A stretch of DNA of 25,873 nt. Source: Veleropilina oligotropha. Taxonomy: Eukaryota. Within the stretch, counting starts at the first letter, position 1. Every line of letters starts with the position of its first letter. This document shows positions 1 through 10,983 of the stretch, piece after piece. The position numbers were made by a program, and so were the translations under genes. The notes under the pieces are model-generated. The model searched no databases, had not been told where the DNA came from, and worked only from the letters and a program-made list of their open reading frames with translations. The stretch covers positions 62,001 through 87,873 of the forward strand of contig JBEUKZ010000088.1 of assembly GCA_048128005.1 (NCBI GenBank), read 5' to 3'.

Positions 1-328
1 TTATTCTGTTCACGTTTGTTCTTTTTACAAGCACCATATTAACAGAAATGACAGATACCGTTAACTGACAAAGGTGACATTGCAATTAATATACAATATC
101 AGAAATCCTGCTTGAAGCTGAATCTTGATAATTGCGTCATTTTCGTTTTTTAAAGATAAAATGGTACCAAAAACGTATATTGTAAAGTTGTGAAATATTA
201 GATATTAGGTTACTAAGCGTATTTAGTAATTATACATCCCACTATAATCTTTTGCATCTGTATTGAATTGAGCGGTTTTGATATACTTTTCAAAACAATA
301 ACCTTTATTCATACAACTCCATTCTTAC

Positions 329-472
329 CCATATTTCCTAAACTTCCAGCGCTGCTATGGTAACCGTTGACGCTCGCTGAGCTGTAACTACTTCCGTTGC
401 TACTGTGAGGTGTGGAGCCATTTGAACCATAACCCCTGGGTGAAACACTTGAAGTTTGTCCTCGGACATACC
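329..472 (-). CDS. coe: COE exon, 144 nt, Ser/Gly-rich C-terminal (transactivation) region: (G)YVRGQTSSVSPRGYGSNGSTPHSSNGSSYSSASVNGYHSSAGSLGNM
   Basis: Acceptor gtttag at 473-474 and donor gtaaga at 327-328. Phase 1-1 and open. The SSVSPRGY...STP motif is typical of COE C-termini. Confidence 0.93.
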
Positions 473-757
473 CTAAACACCAAATTAAAACTTAATTAGT
501 TTCAAAATGACCTTTGAAATGGCTTAAAAGTCTCAAAAATTATGTAACTATGTAATTATGTAACAATATATGTTATCTCTTATTTACAATATCTGGACAC
601 TTAGCATGAAATTGTAGTATTGGTAACCCCAACGATAAATAACAGATAACATAATTATCATTAATAATAATTTATTCTTCAGAATGTTTTCATTTTATAT
701 TGTTTACAAGAATCGTCTTCCTACACAAAACTAGAGGAAGTCGACATGTGGGCCTAC

Positions 758-950
758 CTTCTTCCCATTGGCCATTTGCTGCGTCTTGCACCGTGACTGC
801 TAGTTGACCAGTGTATGTATTGAAGCCGGACATTGCCGAAGTATTATTCATAGCGGGGGATCGAGGGGCAGGTAAAGACAATTGGTTTGGATTTCTTGGC
901 ATGCTGTATAATGCTTCGGCTAAATCGGCCGCACGCTTTAATATAATTTC
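758..950 (-). CDS. coe: COE exon, 193 nt, HLH helix 2 and start of C-terminal region: EIILKRAADLAEALYSMPRNPNQLSLPAPRSPAMNNTSAMSGFNTYTGQLAVTVQDAANGQWEE
   Basis: Acceptor tttcag at 951-952 and donor gtaggc at 756-757. Contains the EIILKRAADLAEALY helix motif and overlaps track ORF 690..902. Confidence 0.96.
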
Positions 951-2085
951 CTGAAAACATAAACTTGTCTAATAATGCTTGTCTAATCCACATGCAATCA
1001 TCAATATAAATATACACTTATACTCTTTCAATTGCGTATTATGCATACAGTATAGATGTACGTTATACGATAAATATAGTGAATTCAATCGAAAATAATT
1101 TAAGATTATCAACAGAATCTTGAAAATGGGTGCATTATCCTATCGCGTGGGCTTTGCTATGTCTTATCCACCTCTTATCATATATCCGGGTCATTTTACA
1201 TAGACCAAAGTGTTTAATAAAAACGATATTACATACTTTAAGTGTGTAATATCGATTTTCTTGTAATTTTGATTGGACAATTTTATCCATGAAACAGAAT
1301 AACATCCAATGACAGAACGGGTCACACAAGGTCATTTACAATGTATCGGACTATATTATATCATGCGATTTCGGCGATATGCGATTTAATCGATCAGAAA
1401 AACATGGCCACGGTCAAGGGAAAATACTGCAACTAACGACCAATATTTATTTGAAATATTAAGTGCAGCCATCCAGGTAAGATCGTTTAACTTCCGATAG
1501 TCATAGCATACAAAATACAACGTAGTAGGCCAAGTTTGCAATTTAGTTTCTGCTATGCAATCTGTATGATGTACATTCCAGTCATTATTATTTAAGATGG
1601 AAATTAACAAATTAGCGTTGCATTTTTGCAAAATTATTCTGGAAACGTGTTTATATTTGTATTGTTAAGATATACAAAGCCGACCATTTTGTTATTGTTC
1701 TGATGCTTTATATGTAAGCAAACGTACCTTCGTCGACAGCAGACGACAAATTGTGCCGACCTCTTATACGATAAAGCGAAATCGACATACATTAGTCGCA
1801 CGCGACACGCATTTCATGTTCTATGAATAGAGCTTGTTGGAATAGTATAATATTGATAAAGCGACATTTGTTCTTTTCATAACAGCATTTGTTTCTCTTT
1901 ATAGTTTAGAGAGTGGGTAAAAACGAGATTATTTTTCACACTCAATGCCACTGTCACATTTGCAAATTTCACCTTCTGCAATATTACTACGGCGCATAAT
2001 TGTGGTATGTTAGAAGGGGTTAACAAAATTAAAAGCAACGTGTACAGGTTGTTTCCTTATAACTTTCAGATATATGATAAAAAGA

Positions 2086-2230
2086 ATCTCACATTGGTGG
2101 TCATTTAATATCACATTTATGAAACTCGTTAACTAATTTTCATATTTTCCTCGGTGAAGCCTCGGAAAATAGATGAAAATTAGTTAACTCGTTTCATAAA
2201 TGTGATATTAAATGACCACCCATGTGAGAT
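2086..2230. repeat. Near-perfect 145-bp palindrome/hairpin, probably a MITE-like element
   Basis: Arm 2086-2154 is the reverse complement of arm 2160-2230, with a TGAAG loop. Differences are one single mismatch, two dinucleotide mismatches and one 2-nt indel. Weak pairing extends to about 2075/2243. Confidence 0.9.
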
Positions 2231-2264
2231 CCCCTCTTTATCACAGGTGAGAGCTACCCCTTAC

Positions 2265-2353
2265 CTTCGGTAATCTTTCAGGGTCGCCCGGGTGTCGCGG
2301 AACTAATTTCATTAGCCTCTGAAACCCATAGTCTATTGTTGGTTCCGTTAACG
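2265..2353 (-). CDS. coe: COE exon, 89 nt, HLH helix 1 and loop: (A)[29 protein letters not shown]
   Basis: Acceptor tttcag at 2354-2355 and donor gtaagg at 2263-2264. Contains the conserved [11 protein letters not shown] and [12 protein letters not shown] motifs. Confidence 0.97.
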
Positions 2354-4367
2354 CTGAAATAAAAACAAAACATGAATATATCACGTTTTATCAATTGAAT
2401 TACTTATTGACTGAATACGCCATTCCCATGCCATATATAGCTGTATATAGTTCATAAACATAACGCAATCCCAAACTCTCTATAGAGAATGAATTTCCTT
2501 TGTGGAACTAAATAATTAGCTATGAAAGAAGCTAATGTAAGCAGTATGGGAGTCCGAGATTTTAATGCTTAATATAATGTATCCATTTAAAAACACTGTT
2601 TGATTTGATGTTTGTTTTTAATATTTATAGATGAGCGTTCCGGTAATATCGTCACAAATATAATATATCAGAATACACGTTTTGGGTTTCATATGTTTGT
2701 TCATGGTTAATTCTTTATTTGGTCATAGAATTTTTAGCCAAAATTTTGTCTGCCAAAAATAAATTCATATTTTAAGCAATACCGGCTATAGGCATGACTC
2801 AATTGTCAGGGTATAGAGCGCTGTCACCTACACTCGCATCCATCATGTGTCGCCGTAATTTCATTTTCTGTTGCAAACCTCTCTAATTTTAACATTTACA
2901 CCATGGGAGAGAGATGAGTCTTTTATTATAATGGCGACGTTCACAGATGTCAAACTATTAACTCCAACTTAGATAATTCCAGAAAGAATTACGGCCATAT
3001 GTCGTTACACGACGCTCTTGCAATAAAGTGACCAATGAAATCCTCAGGGAATATTCAGTGCGAAATAACCACTGACATGTACTACATCCGGTCAACCAAA
3101 AGTCATTATCGCATTATGATGGACAAGTAGCAAATCACCTTTATTCCGCGTATTAAAATCATTTCTTGGTTGTCAGCCAAAATAGCCCGACTAAAGTGCA
3201 TTAGTTATAGCTTTCCTTGGTCGTGTCAACTAGGTTACGTCTGAGGAAGTGCGCCATAGAATATAGTTAATGAAACCGCTTTGTTCGTCCCATGATGTCG
3301 ACAGTTTTCATGAAGGTTCGCAACGGGTAGTTGCTTAATGTTGGTCTTTATTTTGATTTCGAAAGTCCACATTCTAGCAGACGCAATAATAAATCTATGC
3401 AAAAGATGACATGTAATTCAGTCTCGCAGCGGTTCGCTCTTCATAGCAATAAATTACCTATTAAGGAAAACAGTAGGATATTTTGACCCAAGGGCTGATT
3501 TTGTCATTCGCCTTAACAATGTCGGTGGTTCGCTAAGAAACGATAAGTCATTTGCATACCGTGCGAAAGACTCAGCAAGACATATGCATGTTTTAGATCA
3601 TTACACTTGTCATTTTTTTATGTACATAATATGTACATGCATGTACGATATGATTTATGAATAATTCGTTACACTTCGCTAATAATTTTATAAAGTTTAT
3701 AATAATTCGTTCCACATAGAACCATGACTCCAAGTATGCATAGTGCGTGTTTCACTCGCGAACAATGTATTTTTAACTGGTATTATTCACCGTGTGTGGG
3801 AATATTTTGAAATACTTTCCATAGTATAACATACACATTTTTCAGTCATTTAAACTTATATAAATTACTGACACGACAGGCATGTCCCATCGTGACAGAC
3901 TAAAACGAAGCATATTTTTAAAGTCGTGTAAATATCATAGGCTAATATAGAATATAAATAATGTATTTTATATGATCAACACTCAATGAAACATTTATAA
4001 TGTTTTAAACGAAAAATACTGTACACTTTGACTATGGACCCACAACCAGCAGATTACTTTCGAAAAAAACTTCCATTAGTGGATAGCAGAATTGTTTTTG
4101 TGGAAATAATTGTATCAGTTTACTAATGAAAGTCTAACAATTCGACGGAATTTATCAACGTAGATTTAACTAGTATGATAACTAACAATCACACATTAAG
4201 TGGATTTTCGCTTCTTTCCAGTAAGTCATTAACGGCATAATTGTGAACGGATTACGGTCCAAAAGAAATATGAAATTATATTTTGCTGTCTCGATCAGAG
4301 ATTAGTTTCGTATTTATATGAAATATGGAAGCTTTGTGTGGAATACAGATGCGTTTGCCGCGTGGAA

Positions 4368-4379
4368 ATCCCACGGGAT
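4368..4379. promoter_or_regulatory. Candidate COE/EBF binding site (ATCCCACGGGAT)
   Basis: Exact match to the EBF consensus TCCCNNGGGA with palindromic A/T flanks. Motif match only. Confidence 0.35.
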
Positions 4380-4899
4380 CGCAGCGGGGCCGCATTTCAG
4401 AACGGAATGAATGTAGCAGATAATGAGAGAGATAGGCGAAGTAAGAATAAACAGAAAATATAGAGACAGTAACAAAACTCGAAATAGCCCGCCTGTTTCA
4501 CATTAATTTGTGATATTGTGATAACTTTGTACACACTGCATGTCCATTACTAGCAATGATAAAAGGATTCACCAACAGATAAAATCGTTACATACAGACT
4601 ATGTGGATTTAAATGCCAGTTTTACGAAGACGTTTAAATTTTCGGTAATTCTCACCGATGGCGTGCCATACAATTTAACGTCTCTCTGAGGCACAACATA
4701 TCGAATACATCCGCTAATTCCATGTCGATATTGGAGTGGTCGTTTCGCCGTAAGTTATAGGCGAACGTCAAACTATACCAAGGCGCCTACTTATTCAATG
4801 TAATATGCATGTAAAGTGGGGCCGACTGCCTCGATGGTGAGCAGTTGTCCTGTTACTGAGGCAAACAAATATATACCCATTATATGAAGCAATCGAAGA

Positions 4900-5230
4900 A
4901 ACAAACAATACCTGAAACAAACACGGATGCAGACATCCGAAGTATCGGAAAAACACATATTTATCCTAAGGCTGATACAAGCAGATAGACATTCACGTTA
5001 TGAGACAAACATATAGACATTCACGTTATGAGACCAACAGAAACGTCCAAAACCTGAAACAAACAGACAGGCTTACCAATTCGGTGACAAATAGACAGAC
5101 ATAAGAAATATGGGACGAAGAAATAGACATCAGAAAGATGGAACAAATAGATAGACATCGAAAATATTTGACAAACAGATAGACATCTGAAGTCTTTGAC
5201 AAACAAAAAAACAAACAAAATGGACATGGC
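4900..5230. repeat. Degenerate ~28-bp tandem repeat (core ACAAACAGATAGACAT)
   Basis: ATAGACATTCACGTTATGAGAC occurs at 4985 and 5013. Variants of ACAAA(C/T)AGA(T/C)AGACAT recur near 4977, 5004, 5087, 5143 and 5170. Confidence 0.65.
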
Positions 5231-5482
5231 CAAATGCCGATCTGATTCTCAACTACGTAAAAGGAGTATACGAAATTAAATCTTCGCCCATTACAGAATG
5301 AACAAGATTATCCGTAATAATGTTTGAAACCTACCACAATACTAGCGGGCATATAACAATAATAAATGTACCCAAGAATGACATATGCACGAGAGTCCAC
5401 TTTGTCTTGTGACAAATTTAAATTAATGTCCATTAAGAAACTATGATGACAAACCTAGTAAATAAAGTTAAAACGACAATAA

Positions 5483-7365
5483 TATGGGCAGCCAAAAGGG
5501 TATAAAATACGTTTAAACCAAATAAAAGATCATAGTAACAATTAACAGTCATCAATGGTCAAACGAACGTTCATCAATGCGTATACGAACAGCCACAAAT
5601 AAATCCAACAGTCACCGAATCAAAACAAACAACCTAAAATTAACCCAACAGTCATCAATGGTCAAACGAACGGTCATAAATGTTCATACGAACAGACAAA
5701 AATGCATCCAACAGTCACCGAATCAAAACAGACATCGAAGCAAAACGGTCACCAAATCAAAACTAACAGCTTAAACAAAATCGAAAAATCATCAATGCTC
5801 AAACGAACGGTCACCAATGTTCACATGAACAGTCAAAAATACATCTAACAGTCACCGAATCAAGATCAACAGCCTAAACGTAATCCAACAGTCATCAATG
5901 GTCAAACGAACGGTCACCAATGTTCACATGAACAGCCAAAAATACATCTAACAGTCACCGAATCAAAATCAACAGCCTAAACGTAATCCAAAAGTCATCA
6001 ATGGTCAAACGAACGGTCATCAATGTTTATACGAACAGCCAAAAATGCATCCAACAGTCACCAAATAAAAACTAACAGCTTAAACAAAATCGAACATTCA
6101 TCAATGCTCAAACGAACGGTCACCAATGTTCACATGAACAGCCAAAAATACTTCGAACAGTCACCGAATCAAAATCAACAGCCTAAACGTAACCCAACAG
6201 TCAACAATGCTCAAACGAACGGTCAAAGATACATCCAACAGTCAAAACCCGAATTAACGCCAGATGGTTACAAAGTGATCTGCCGGGCGGTCAATGTGCA
6301 TAACGTTCTGCGTTTTGTCGTTCAATTGGCAGAGCGCTTTATGAAAATGTTTTGCAAACGGTGCGCAAACTTCCTAGGTGACACGAGGTGCGACCAAAAT
6401 GGCGGATGATAGAACGATTATGAATAAAGTAGGGACTGTCAAAGTTATTTTTAAACTTGGGGGGCATTTACGAGAAACACACTATTAAACGGTGACTTAA
6501 TCCAAATAATATGTAAATTGATAAAAAAAGAGTTTAATTTATCATTAATATTGATATCTTGTGGTGCTTTACCCCTTGTTTATTTGCTGTATGCGACAAA
6601 TTCTAGGAAGGGCAGATAACTACACAACTCGGCGTTTTGCATTTTGATTATATGCATATATTATGTAAATTTATCCCATGTCTTGCTCATTTTCCCATAT
6701 ATAGTGCAACGTACACCATGTATTATTCATCGTAATAGACGTGTGCTTATAAGCTTAAAAGCCTGCTTGAAATGTGATTGGCTGATTACAAAGAGAACTG
6801 TAAAACAGCCAATGTAAACGCAGAAGATGAAACGTCATCCGAAAATTGCCTTATATAGAAATGATTCTGAGCCAACTCAATCCAAAACGTAATCAACGAT
6901 ATCGTGTCGCACATAGATGTTAGGATTACCGTTGTAAATTATAAGTACAAATATTATTCATTTGTCTATTTCATTAAGATAACAAATATAAAGTTTTAGC
7001 ATTTTATCTTCACATATTAGCTTGTTAATCTTTAATTGTACTTTTACAAGCACGTAAACATTGTATTTGGTAATAAATTTCACTATTTTTGTAAAGCGTG
7101 AGTATGACGTCATTCCATCTTACAATGCGCCGTAGTGTCAACGTCGCTATACTTTCTAATAGCGAAGTTGTGACTTGTTTTAAATTAATTTTATCAAAAA
7201 TGGATTAATTTTAGGCTGTTTGTTTTGATTCGGTGACTGTTGGATTTATTTTTGGCTGCTCGTATAAGCATTGATGACCGTTCGTTTGACCATTGGCGAC
7301 TGTTAATTGTTACTATGATCTTTTATATGGTTTTAACGTATTTTATACCCTTTTGGCTGCCCATA
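5483..7365. mobile_element. Non-autonomous DNA transposon with long terminal inverted repeats (foldback-like), 1883 bp
   Basis: TIRs 5483-5647 and 7201-7365 are 165 bp with 10 mismatches by hand count. Termini are TATGGGCAGCC...GGCTGCCCATA, flanked by the direct repeat CAATAA at 5477-5482 and 7366-7371. No transposase ORF inside. Confidence 0.88.
5544..6245. repeat. Subterminal tandem array of ~7 units with a 103-bp period, inside the left arm of the transposon
   Basis: Units (AACAGTCATCAATGGTCAAACGAAC and variants) start at 5544, 5647, 5784, 5887, 5990, 6093 and 6196. One unit is 34 bp longer. Confidence 0.9.
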
Positions 7366-7382
7366 CAATAACGTTTGCCTAC

Positions 7383-7509
7383 CTGTATACACGAATCTCC
7401 CCGGGGCTCCTTTGCAGAACTGTTTCGATTTGTACGATAAGACCACCTCCACGACACCCGGTATGTGCCGGGGTGGGGTCTGTACCCGTATTGCGTGTGT
7501 GGTCAGGAG
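7383..7509 (-). CDS. coe: COE exon, 127 nt, second half of the IPT/TIG domain: [42 protein letters not shown]
   Basis: Acceptor tttcag at 7510-7511 and donor gtaggc at 7381-7382. Lies within track ORF 7333..7518. Confidence 0.98.
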
Positions 7510-10482
7510 CTGAAACACAACACAGAAAGACTTGATATACTACCATCGCACGCGTTCATATACAAGTGCAGTTAAAAATACAGTTCGCATAATGCATATT
7601 ATGCTTGCAGGCGTTAATTCTACACCCTTGATATATTTACAGAGTGAAACATATACAGATACTATAAGTTTGTGGGCATATTACACTCTTGTGGACATGT
7701 TGCACATTTTCAGAATAAAAATTCGTAGAATCCCCCATGGTCAACTGTCCATCGGACCACATATACATCGCAAACCTACTCAGTATTGTGTATTTTTACG
7801 AATTTGACAGGCACTGAGAAGAATCAAACCTCATCATTTAAGTGTGGTCTTTTTTACCAACATTCGCGGTGACAACAACTATATTATTACATCATCTTAT
7901 ACTTAAAATAATGCAAAACATGTTTGAAATAAAACCTTAATCAACACTGAGTTTGACAATATTTCCATCCATAATAATATTATTATTTTCAGAACATTCT
8001 GAAGACGACAAGAATCAAGATGTCAGTTGGTTCGGAATAAACAAATGGGAACGTATTCCACCTTTCCGACTCGGACCACTTCTTATTCAGTATGTCAATC
8101 TCATGCTGGTACATAAATAACGCACTTTAAGCGAAACTTTCTCCCATTAGCTGCCCGGGGTGGCGGTGGGGGATTTATGTGTATGAAGCAGCGGGTGTCT
8201 CGTCTTGGTAAGTGATTTCTCGATGGCGGTGCATGTCTGGGGCAACATATACATTTGTCTCTTTAAGGTTATAAAACAATCAAAATAATTTAAGAGCTCG
8301 CGGCATTAACGTTTCTTGCACTTAAAATCAATATTTTTCGACAGAGGGTAATATTGAGATCACATTTGCAGAAGAAATGGAGTTGTGTTACTGGTTCAAG
8401 GGGTAAATAAATTCGCTCCAAGTTGCGAATTTGCAAGCGATACAGAGAAATAGTTTGATTAAAATAAATTTTCCTTGAAACAATTTGATACTAGTATATG
8501 AAAGCCACGTTATCACCAATTTACGACATTATTACACAGCAACCAACAACACACTGAAGGAGACGACAGGGGGCAGCTTCTGTATTGATCTACGGTATCA
8601 TCTGTTCTGGTACAAATTTCGTTTATTTTCACTTAGAAGAAGAAAGAAAGGAGACTTTTTTACAAGTTAATTTTCGCTCGGAGCGCGAACTCATTAGTAA
8701 GATTGTTGAAAAGATGACTTTTTGTCGATCCCGGCCGAACCCTTTAGAAATAAATTCTTTTCGCGCCCGATCAATTTGCTGCTTCGTTCAATTTCGACAC
8801 ATTAAAAAACAAGGGTCTTCTTGTCTGCACGAATATGTTAGGGCTGAAGAAAGAATTAAACGGAGAATCTAGCGACATAAACTGCAACGTCGACCCTGGA
8901 AATTCCAAGAAAAGACACTTTGCTCGTTGTAGCTTGAAATATGTCATATCTTAATCAAGCGAAACCCGGCATCAGGTGCAGTCAACGTATAAAACATGGA
9001 CGTCAATTACAAAGGCCAATGGCCTTGATTTCTCTCCGTGACATTTTACTCCAAATTAATTATTTTGGCCATTCATGGGCCCGCTTCATCGCCGCTAGAA
9101 TAGTTAATGATTAGCAATGAGAAGGATTTGAAATTCATGATGATAGCTTGGCTGGCCCATCTTTGTTATTGAGACAGCAATTCTTAAATGAAAAATATGC
9201 GAACGTCATGAGAAGCTCGACTATTTAGATGGATTTGGTTTAAACGAGGAGCGTCAATTCGACCAGATGTCTGTAAGAAGATGAATTTTAATGTCCTCAG
9301 TTATTTGTAAATACATATTTATTCAAACTTACAATGTGTAAACATGTGCCCATATGTACATCGATATACATCATTTGCACAGAGTGGATTAAAAGCTGTC
9401 AAGCGAAAACGTTAGATAAGCCCAACCTATTATTCCTTCACATGGACGAATTTCTTTCGATGGTAGTTGATGAAATAATTTATATCAAGCTATGTTATAG
9501 GGATACTGTCAACAACGCGTTCATCCACAAAATATTTTATTTGTTTCAAGACGTTCATGTTAATTAGTGAAGAGTTTTCCATGTCATATGTCTACATTGA
9601 AACATTGCAGAGGTCAACTTTGATGATACACCAATAATACTATTATTAAACAGACTGTTTGAGTGGCTATAAGCCTACTCCTTTCGTGATAATATTTCAT
9701 TTTTAAACTTATTATTTTAAGCTTGTCGGTGGTCGTTTTCCTGCACGTTATAGGCTATAATACATATATTTTATGCGTTTTTATGAACATGTTCTCTGTC
9801 AAACGCACAAGCGCATTTTACCCACAGAACTGTGCGCGAGTGCAAATATTATAGGCCTTTGTCAAACATGGGTTAAGAGATCAGCTCTAATCACCATATC
9901 ATATCTCTCGTGCTACGCTGTCGGGATCTAATAAGCTATGAAATTTTAATGTTGTTTTCTGACAGTTCTATATTTTATAATTCCATATTGATTAGCGATT
10001 GCTCATAATTAACCAGCGGCAACCATCTGATATCGTATTACTCCTAAAGACGTCAGATTAATTATGCTATCTGATGTATATTTGATGTAATATTAAAAAT
10101 AACAATCATGCCACAATGATGATCGCTCATAGAGCGAAATGAGATGGTCATAACATTTGCTGCTGAATTATCATTTCCGCTTGCAAATCACGTGACCTCG
10201 GCTTTTGCCAGGATGATTGGTTGAGACATGTTACGTGTCGAATACAAACGAAAAGTTTGCAGTAGTGAAGAGCGTATTTTGATTATATACAAAACATTAT
10301 ACAATTATAATGATAATTTAACAATGTTAATATTGACAAACAAATGATATTGAATCCAAATAAAAATTGCATAGGGTCCGTAATCGAATTTTTTTTGATG
10401 TACATCAAAATATGAATAAATCATTAATGCAGTATCTACATGTCGCAACAGTAAAACATATTTTGATGGTGGTTCTTGTTCT

Positions 10483-10574
10483 TTGAACGATATCATATCC
10501 TAACTCTCATGTTGAACGATATCATATACTAACTCTCATGTTGAACGATATCATATCCTAACTCTCATGTTGAA
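10483..10574. repeat. 29-bp tandem repeat, ~3.2 copies (TTGAACGATATCATATCCTAACTCTCATG)
   Basis: Units start at 10483, 10512, 10541 and 10570, with one substitution. Confidence 0.95.
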
Positions 10575-10733
10575 AGGACCACGTGAAATGTGTGTTCATG
10601 TTGTTTTATCATTTGCAATAGCAACCTTATTGAACCGGGTCATCATGCCAGTAGTGAAACTTTGTTCAGTCCACAGTCACAGTTGATCATAACTTCGTAA
10701 CTTTTCTCCAGCGATAACGAAAGGAAATGAAAA

Positions 10734-10980
10734 GATCGATGATTAATGTTCTGTATATTTACAACCATCAGGTTCAAAGCAGGACATGTCCATATTATCG
10801 CGGGAGGAAAGCCTGGTCGCCCGGGGAAACACGCCATCTCCGACCAGTTATGGACAATTGTGAATCACAACATAAAAAAATAATGTCATGAGATTCGAAC
10901 CCACTACTGTTCGTGTCAACGGAATTGAGCTAGTGATTTTCGTAGTCTGCAACTGAAACCGCACGACTGTCGGAACGGCC
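10734..10980 (-). mobile_element. tRNA-derived SINE, copy 1 (V-SINE-like core)
   Basis: Aligns by eye with 20157-20400 and 25654-25863. Minus-strand B-box-like GGTTCGAATCT near 10890-10901. No clear TSD, and the head abuts the 22-bp minisatellite. Confidence 0.8.
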
Positions 10981-10983
10981 TCC

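Noticed and set aside
690..902. Track ORFs 690..902 and 7333..7518 as stand-alone small genes
   Set aside because: They are COE exons with read-through into intron sequence. The true boundaries are the splice sites at 758/950 and 7383/7509.
5021..5233. Hydrophobic 62-70 aa minus-strand ORFs resembling membrane peptides
   Set aside because: They are the T-rich complement of the degenerate 28-bp repeat, so the hydrophobicity is compositional.
5577..6409. ORFs 5577..5774 and 6023..6409 as a possible transposase
   Set aside because: They translate the 103-bp tandem array, are short, and show no DDE or DNA-binding motif.
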